From Octopus sinensis (taxonomy: Eukaryota), in the NCBI RefSeq assembly GCF_006345805.1, contig NW_021826431.1, positions 1 through 12,943 on the forward strand: a stretch of DNA of 12,943 bases, read 5' to 3'. The notes below the pieces were generated by a model. It had not been told where the DNA came from and did no database searches. It worked only from the letters and a program-made list of their open reading frames with translations. Below, piece by piece: positions 8,393 through 12,943 of this stretch (position 1 is its first letter; each line of letters begins with the position of its first letter). A program made the position numbers and the translations under genes.

Positions 8393-8730
8393 TGGGCACG
8401 CACTTCCCCACCCACACACGATCGACTAAAACGCTTGAAACTTTACCCCAGTCCGCAATCCAATAACCCAAACCAATTTCTGTCGTTTTCCAGCTCCCTT
8501 GAAGTTAGCTGAATTATTCTTAAACACCTAAACCATTTTAAAACCTAACTCGACTGGCATTTCACCTCGTTTCCTTCATAGAGAAAAAGAAATAGCAAAA
8601 TGCGTATATTCTGTACTTCTCTACGTTTCGATTTCAGTTTCAAACTCCCAAACCTGTTTTAACTTTAGCTTCCAGAGATTGTCTCTCCTGTGCGATCATC
8701 AGAAGTACGCTACATTTTTTATATTTTATA

Positions 8731-9240
8731 TTTGTTTCAGTTATTAGACTGTAGCCATGCTGGGGCACCGCCTTAGATAATTCTTTAGTCGAATGAATGG
8801 ACCCCAGGATTTTTTTTCTTAAGCCTAGCTCTCATTCTATCAGTCTCTTTTGGTGCACCGCTAAGTTACGAGGACGTAAACACCAGCACCGGTTGTCAAG
8901 CGGTGGTCAGGCACAGAGACACAAACACACGCACACAAACACACGCACACACACACACACACTCACACACACACACACTCACACACACACACACTCACAC
9001 ACACACACATTCTCTTTCTCTCTCTCTCTCCCTCTCTCTCCCTCTCTCCCTCCCCTATCTCTCTCTCTCACACAAACTCACACACACACATTTATATACA
9101 ACGGGCTTCTTTCTGTTTCCGTCCCCTAAATTGACTCACAATGCTTTGGTTGGCCCGAGACTATAGTAGAAGACATGTGCCCGCAGTTACCACGCAGTGG
9201 GACTGAACCCGGAACCATGTGGCTGGGAAGCAATCTTACC
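8731..9240 (-). mobile_element. Near full-length SINE family A copy with expanded internal (CA)n/(CT)n microsatellite
   Basis: The head at 9199-9240 matches 3941-3995. The body matches 700-1030 in reverse. The internal microsatellite spans about 8918-9090. Confidence 0.88.
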
Positions 9241-9306
9241 TTGCATCGCTTTACCTCTAACTTACACCCTTAAAAAACAGAAATTCATTGAGCATATAAG
9301 CTTTAA

Positions 9307-10059
9307 CCCTTTACCTATCCAAATCCTTTCCTTACGTTTATCCTAAACGTCCTTGCTTGTTTTCTAACTTTTAGTTGGCCCTTGTTTCATATGCAGTGGC
9401 GTAGCTAGGGTAAACCACGCCCGGGGCAAGCCGCAAAAATGCGTCCCACCCACCCCAATTACAAAATCCACGATAGTATATAGTACTTATTTATTACTAG
9501 AAATTAATGTTTTAAAGCGATATTTTAGTAATAAATACTTCACCAGGGTTCATTTACCTGCTGGTTAGTTAGACTCAATTCTGACACACCTAACGCCCCC
9601 CTATCCACGGAACGTTCTCCTTATCTTGTAAAACCCCGGTGAAGTCAATCCTCAACCAAGTCTGTACACACATATATTTTATGAATGTTTACTTTTACGA
9701 AGACTGCTTTGACGCTATTTGTAAAAAATGTCCAGACATGAATGTAGACAGCCATCATATTGCGTTTGCCTTCAAATAACAGCATAAAGCGATATGCTGG
9801 AGATCCATCTTTACAATTTTATAAATAGAGTTCAATTCTGCGCCCCCACTTCAATCGGCACCCAAGGCACGTGCCCCTTTGCACCCCCTAATTACGCTAC
9901 TGTTCATATGTTCTGAGAAGTCAAAAAGCTTTTCTTATTATAAGTCCCAACTTACTCTGGTGGTTGAAGAAAAATTGGCAATGTGTATCATATATGGCGC
10001 ATAGATACCTCAGAGATATGCGTTGTGTGTTACAGGTGAGTCACCGGACAAGCAAGGGG
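9307..10059. mobile_element. piggyBac-like non-autonomous element (TTAA-flanked), interrupted by a hAT MITE
   Basis: TTAA(9303-9306)|CCCTTTACCTATCC ... GGACAAGCAAGGGG|TTAA(10060-10063). The ends match at 10 of 14 positions as inverted repeats, and all four differences are transitions. About 236 bp remain after removing the insert and one TSD copy. Confidence 0.65.
9394..9902. mobile_element. hAT-superfamily MITE, 509 bp, with 8-bp target-site duplication
   Basis: Terminal inverted repeats (TIRs) CAGTGGCGTAGCTAGGG / CCCTAATTACGCTACTG match at 14 of 17 positions. A perfect TSD, TTCATATG, lies at 9386-9393 and 9903-9910. GC-rich subterminal cgccc/gcccc motifs are present and there is no ORF. 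Confidence 0.92.
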
Positions 10060-10551
10060 TTAATTTGTGTACCTGTCGAGAAGAAAGAAAACATCAACAA
10101 CAACAAAAATTACATCAGTTTGAAACCTTTAATATTCCTTTGATACCAATTTAATGGACATTCTAGACAATCCAGAATGTAAATATATTAATAACTAATG
10201 TGAACATCTTTCTTTCAACACCTTTGTATTGAAACAAATCAAGGTTGACAGAGTTTAATGTTTCAGTTGACTGGTTATCATTTTATCTTACAACAGTTCT
10301 TATTTCACGGTATTTAAGTAAAAAAAATAAGGTCATGAATACTAAAACACCTTAAATCATTTTATTTCCAACAAATTGTTAGGTCTGGTAAGTAATTTGA
10401 CAGCCTCGTTTGTATAGTGTTACCTCTTTTACCTCTTTTTTCCCCCCTTTTTTTATCTTCCACGTAGGTGGATCAACATACAGACATGTTGACCAACATA
10501 TATATAGGTGTGTGTGGCGTTGGACCACAGAAGGTTGAAAACTTTAGGTGT

Positions 10552-10655
10552 AGACTTGGTTGAGGATTGACTTCACCGGGGTTTCACAAGATAAGGCGAA
10601 CGTTCCGTGGATAGGGGGGGGTGCGTTAGCTGTGTCAGAATTGGGTCTAACTAAC
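10552..10655 (-). repeat. Inverted copy of 9564-9663
   Basis: Four substitutions and one 4-nt indel in a C/G run over about 100 bp. Confidence 0.93.
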
Positions 10656-10702
10656 AAATGGACAACTCTTGCAATAAGGATATTTTAAGAAAAACATCTA
10701 TT

Positions 10703-10727
10703 TCTCACACATTCACTCACTGGCTCA

Positions 10728-10810
<83 letters not shown>
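10703..10810. repeat. (CA)n(TA)n microsatellite
   Basis: Seen directly. Confidence 0.92.
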
Positions 10811-10811
<1 letters not shown>

Positions 10812-11071
10812 GGAGGCACAATGACCCAGTGGTTAGGGCAGTGGACTCGCGGTTTCGATTCCCAGACCGGGCGTTGTGAGTGTTTATTGAGCGAACACAC
10901 CTAAAAAGTTCCACGTGGCTCCGGCAGGGGGGTGGCGATCTCTGGTGTATTCTTTTGCCACAACTTTCTCTCACTCTTTTCTTCTGTTGGCCCGCTCACT
11001 TCGCCAGCGCATTGTGACCAGCGATTGTAGTAGCAACATTTGATAGCCGGTCGGTCACGGTGATCACAGTG

Positions 11072-11073
<2 letters not shown>
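10811..11073 (+). mobile_element. Full-length SINE family C copy inserted in (TA)n
   Basis: tRNA-like head tggaggcacaatgacccagtggttagggcagtggactcgcggtttcgattccc. Homologous to the reverse complement of 4181-4460 and flanked by (TA)n on both sides. Confidence 0.9.
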
Positions 11074-11105
<32 letters not shown>

Positions 11106-11149
11106 ATATATATATATAATATATATATATATAATATAATATAATATAT

Positions 11150-11690
11150 ATCTTGAGGCCTAGATAGGTCTCAAGATGAACCAAGAAAACAAAATCCTGC
11201 GATCCGACAACGTACCAAAAGGCCGAATAGTGTCGGCAGGACCATCCGCGCCAACCTTATCAATAGCACAGTTCTACCTGCAATGATATATGGTTGTGAA
11301 ACATGGGCTACCACAAAGAGAGAAGAGCCATGGAAAGGTCAATGCTTGGAATCTCATTGAGAGAGCAGATCAGTAGCGAGATCATCAGACAGAAGTCCGG
11401 CGTGAGAGATGTCATCGTAGAGTATACACGCAGCAAGTTATAGATGGGCTGGACACGTCGCCCGGTTCACCGATAATCGGTGGACGCACGCAGTTGTGGA
11501 GTGGTACCCACGCGAGAGGAAACGACCACTCGGAAGGCCCTCCACGACGGTGGAGTTACGATCTTAGGAGGGCGATTGGGACCACGTGGGTGAGGAAGGC
11601 GGGATCCAGTGAGGAGTGGACAGCGTGCTGTGACCAGTGGTATCAAATGGACGCTCGACGGACTGGTCAGTCGAGGTGATCAAGGGGATA
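11150..11690 (+). mobile_element. RTE-clade LINE 3' fragment (possibly an internally deleted derivative) inserted in (TA)n
   Basis: From 11241: TIRANLINSTVLPAMIYGCETWATTKREE/MERSMLGISLREQISSEIIRQKSGVRDVIVEYTRSKL/RWAGHVARFTDNRWTHAVVEWYPRERKRPLGRP/RRWSYDLRRAIGTTWVRKAGSSEEWTACCDQWYQMDARRTGQSR* (stop 11677-11679). LPxMxYGCETW, WAGHVAR and WxPRxxKRPxGRPxxRW are RTE C-terminal motifs. (TA)n lies on both sides. Confidence 0.9.
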
Positions 11691-11754
11691 ATATATATAA
11701 TATATATATATCACATATATAGAATATATGTATTATATATATATATATATATAT

Positions 11755-11995
11755 TTGTGTAACTTTGTTCGTTTTCCCGTCCTTGTTTTTGTATACATTC
11801 GCTGCTTTCTTCCAATGAATCTAATGCTCTTAGCTTAGTCTTTCCTTGGGGCTGGCCAGATTGGTGCAATCTCAAGAATAATCAGCTGAAATCGCGAAGA
11901 TAATCTGGTGCTTGACTGAGGATAGAGGGCTTCGAATGACTCGTCCTTGTTATCTTTCTATCTGGATGTTTTGTTGTCCCTTTTATGTGTCTAAT
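11755..11995. repeat. Probable interspersed repeat fragment, unclassified
   Basis: Recalled as a common octopus repeat. cgtccttgtt occurs twice (about 11778 and 11942) and ccagatt/aatctgg form a short inverted pair. It is single-copy in this window, so support is weak. Confidence 0.35.
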
Positions 11996-12104
11996 GAATC
12001 ATAAACGGATATAGTCCTCTCCTAGTCCTCTAAGATTTGGCCCAGTGACGAAGCAAGAATATGACATCTGGAGACAAAGAGTGCTGCACTCGCACTCTGT
12101 CGAA

Positions 12105-12233
12105 ACTAATTTTTAGCTGAGTAGGAAACATGAAATGAAAAACCTTGCTCGAATACGCAACGCGTTGCTCAGCCCAGAAAGCGAACGCATGACCATACGA
12201 TTATGAGCCTAGCTCTCTAATCGCTAAGCCACG
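12105..12233 (-). mobile_element. Old, diverged tRNA-derived SINE head and body, related to the 8300-8392 segment
   Basis: The minus strand reads cgtggcttagcgattag...gcgttcgctttctggg...gcgttgcgtattcgagcaaggtttttcatttcatg, with degenerate A and B boxes. It aligns loosely with gtgttgtgttcttgagcaaaacatttcattcacg. Confidence 0.6.
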
Positions 12234-12278
12234 GTGGTGAAACCTTATATACTCCGTAAGATATATTTATCATCAGAT

Positions 12279-12509
12279 ATACGGCAAGCTGGCAGAACCG
12301 TTAGCGCGCCGGGCGAAATGCGTAGCCGTATTTCGTCTGCCGTTATGTTCTGAGTTCAAATTTCGCCGAGGTCGACTTTGCCTTTCATCCTTTCGGGGTC
12401 GATAAATAAAATACCAGTTACGCACTGGGGTCGATGTAATCGACATAATCCGTTTGTCTGTCCTTGTTTGTTTCCTCTATGTTTAGCCCCTTGTGGGTAA
12501 TACGGAAAC
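12279..12509 (+). mobile_element. Full-length SINE family B copy with up to 20-bp target-site duplication
   Basis: Complete head cggcaagctggcagaaccgttagcgcgccgggcgaaatg. AGATATATTTATCATCAGAT occurs at both 12259-12278 and 12510-12529. Confidence 0.93.
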
Positions 12510-12943
12510 AGATATATTTATCATCAGATTCATCTTAAAATTATTACTATGGACTTCTGTGTAAGTTTGCATTTGGTCCCTAAACTCACGGGGGTTCCCA
12601 GGCAACTGGTCGGTTTGTTTATGCTCAGAAAAGCATTACTAGAGAGAATGAACCGGGAAGCACTACTAGAGAGAGAGTGAACACTGATCGCTTCCAGTAA
12701 TGAGAAACGAACCACGGACACTTAGCTTGGTCGTTGGACCACATCATATAAATCTATGATTTGTTTAAGAGCGTCAGACAAACATAGATCGTACAAAGCA
12801 TGTATTTACTTGAATTGCTTTAATTGAAGTACCTACATCTCCCTCTCCTTCCTAATTTGTGACTCTTTTTTATTTTCAGATTAACAAAAAAAAAAATCGC
12901 GCCTCTCCCAACACACATCTCATTATTATAAATTAAGGAAATT

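Noticed and set aside
9945-10041. Perfect donor CAG|GTGAGT with an upstream open frame PNLLWWLKKNWQCVSYMAHRYL, faintly like a hAT dimerisation motif
   Set aside because: It lies in the subterminal region of the piggyBac-like element, the acceptor is weak, and the similarity is too short to support a call.
10811-10870. tRNA-like sequences at SINE heads (also 3941-3995, 4400-4460, 12281-12365)
   Set aside because: A/B boxes are present but there is no complete cloverleaf, and each matches a SINE family head. They are not tRNA genes.
457-10974. Numerous 60-140 aa ORFs rich in IY, HT, CV, poly-I/L/N
   Set aside because: They fall on microsatellites or SINE bodies. The same pseudo-peptides recur wherever the SINEs recur.
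11905-11952. Hammerhead-ribozyme-like core CTGAGGA...CGAAT-GACTCGTC
   Set aside because: It has GAAT instead of GAAA, and there is no convincing stem I or stem II pairing. An Infernal/RNAMotif search on the family consensus would be needed to revive it.
12631-12682. Short tandem duplication aagca(t/c)tactagagaga..gaac within a small ORF ending ALLERMNREALLERE
   Set aside because: Only two ~25-bp units, consistent with ordinary local slippage. There is no evidence of coding function.
12840-12943. Acceptor-like tctttttttattttcag at 12879
   Set aside because: It is followed by poly-A and too little sequence before the window ends to support an exon.

Overview
This is AT-rich, repeat-saturated eukaryotic DNA from an intron or intergenic region. 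I recognise the SINE families and the (TA)n/(CA)n/(TAA)n density from memory as cephalopod (Octopus-like); no search was run. No host protein-coding gene can be supported: the supplied ORFs are translations of microsatellites, SINEs or transposon fragments. The main contents are: (i) the 5' part of a Chapaev3-type (CMC) DNA transposon on the minus strand (4888-6099), with a CAC terminus, TTA flank and a heavily frameshifted transposase; (ii) about ten copies or fragments of three tRNA-derived SINE families, two with clear target-site duplications (TSDs); (iii) R4/Dong-like and RTE-clade LINE fragments in (TAA)n and (TA)n tracts; (iv) a nested piggyBac-like > hAT MITE structure (9307-10059) whose interior has a near-identical inverted copy about 0.9 kb away; (v) several inverted-repeat pairs that could form dsRNA. 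I found no convincing new biological system. The most interesting items concern transposon structure and evolution.
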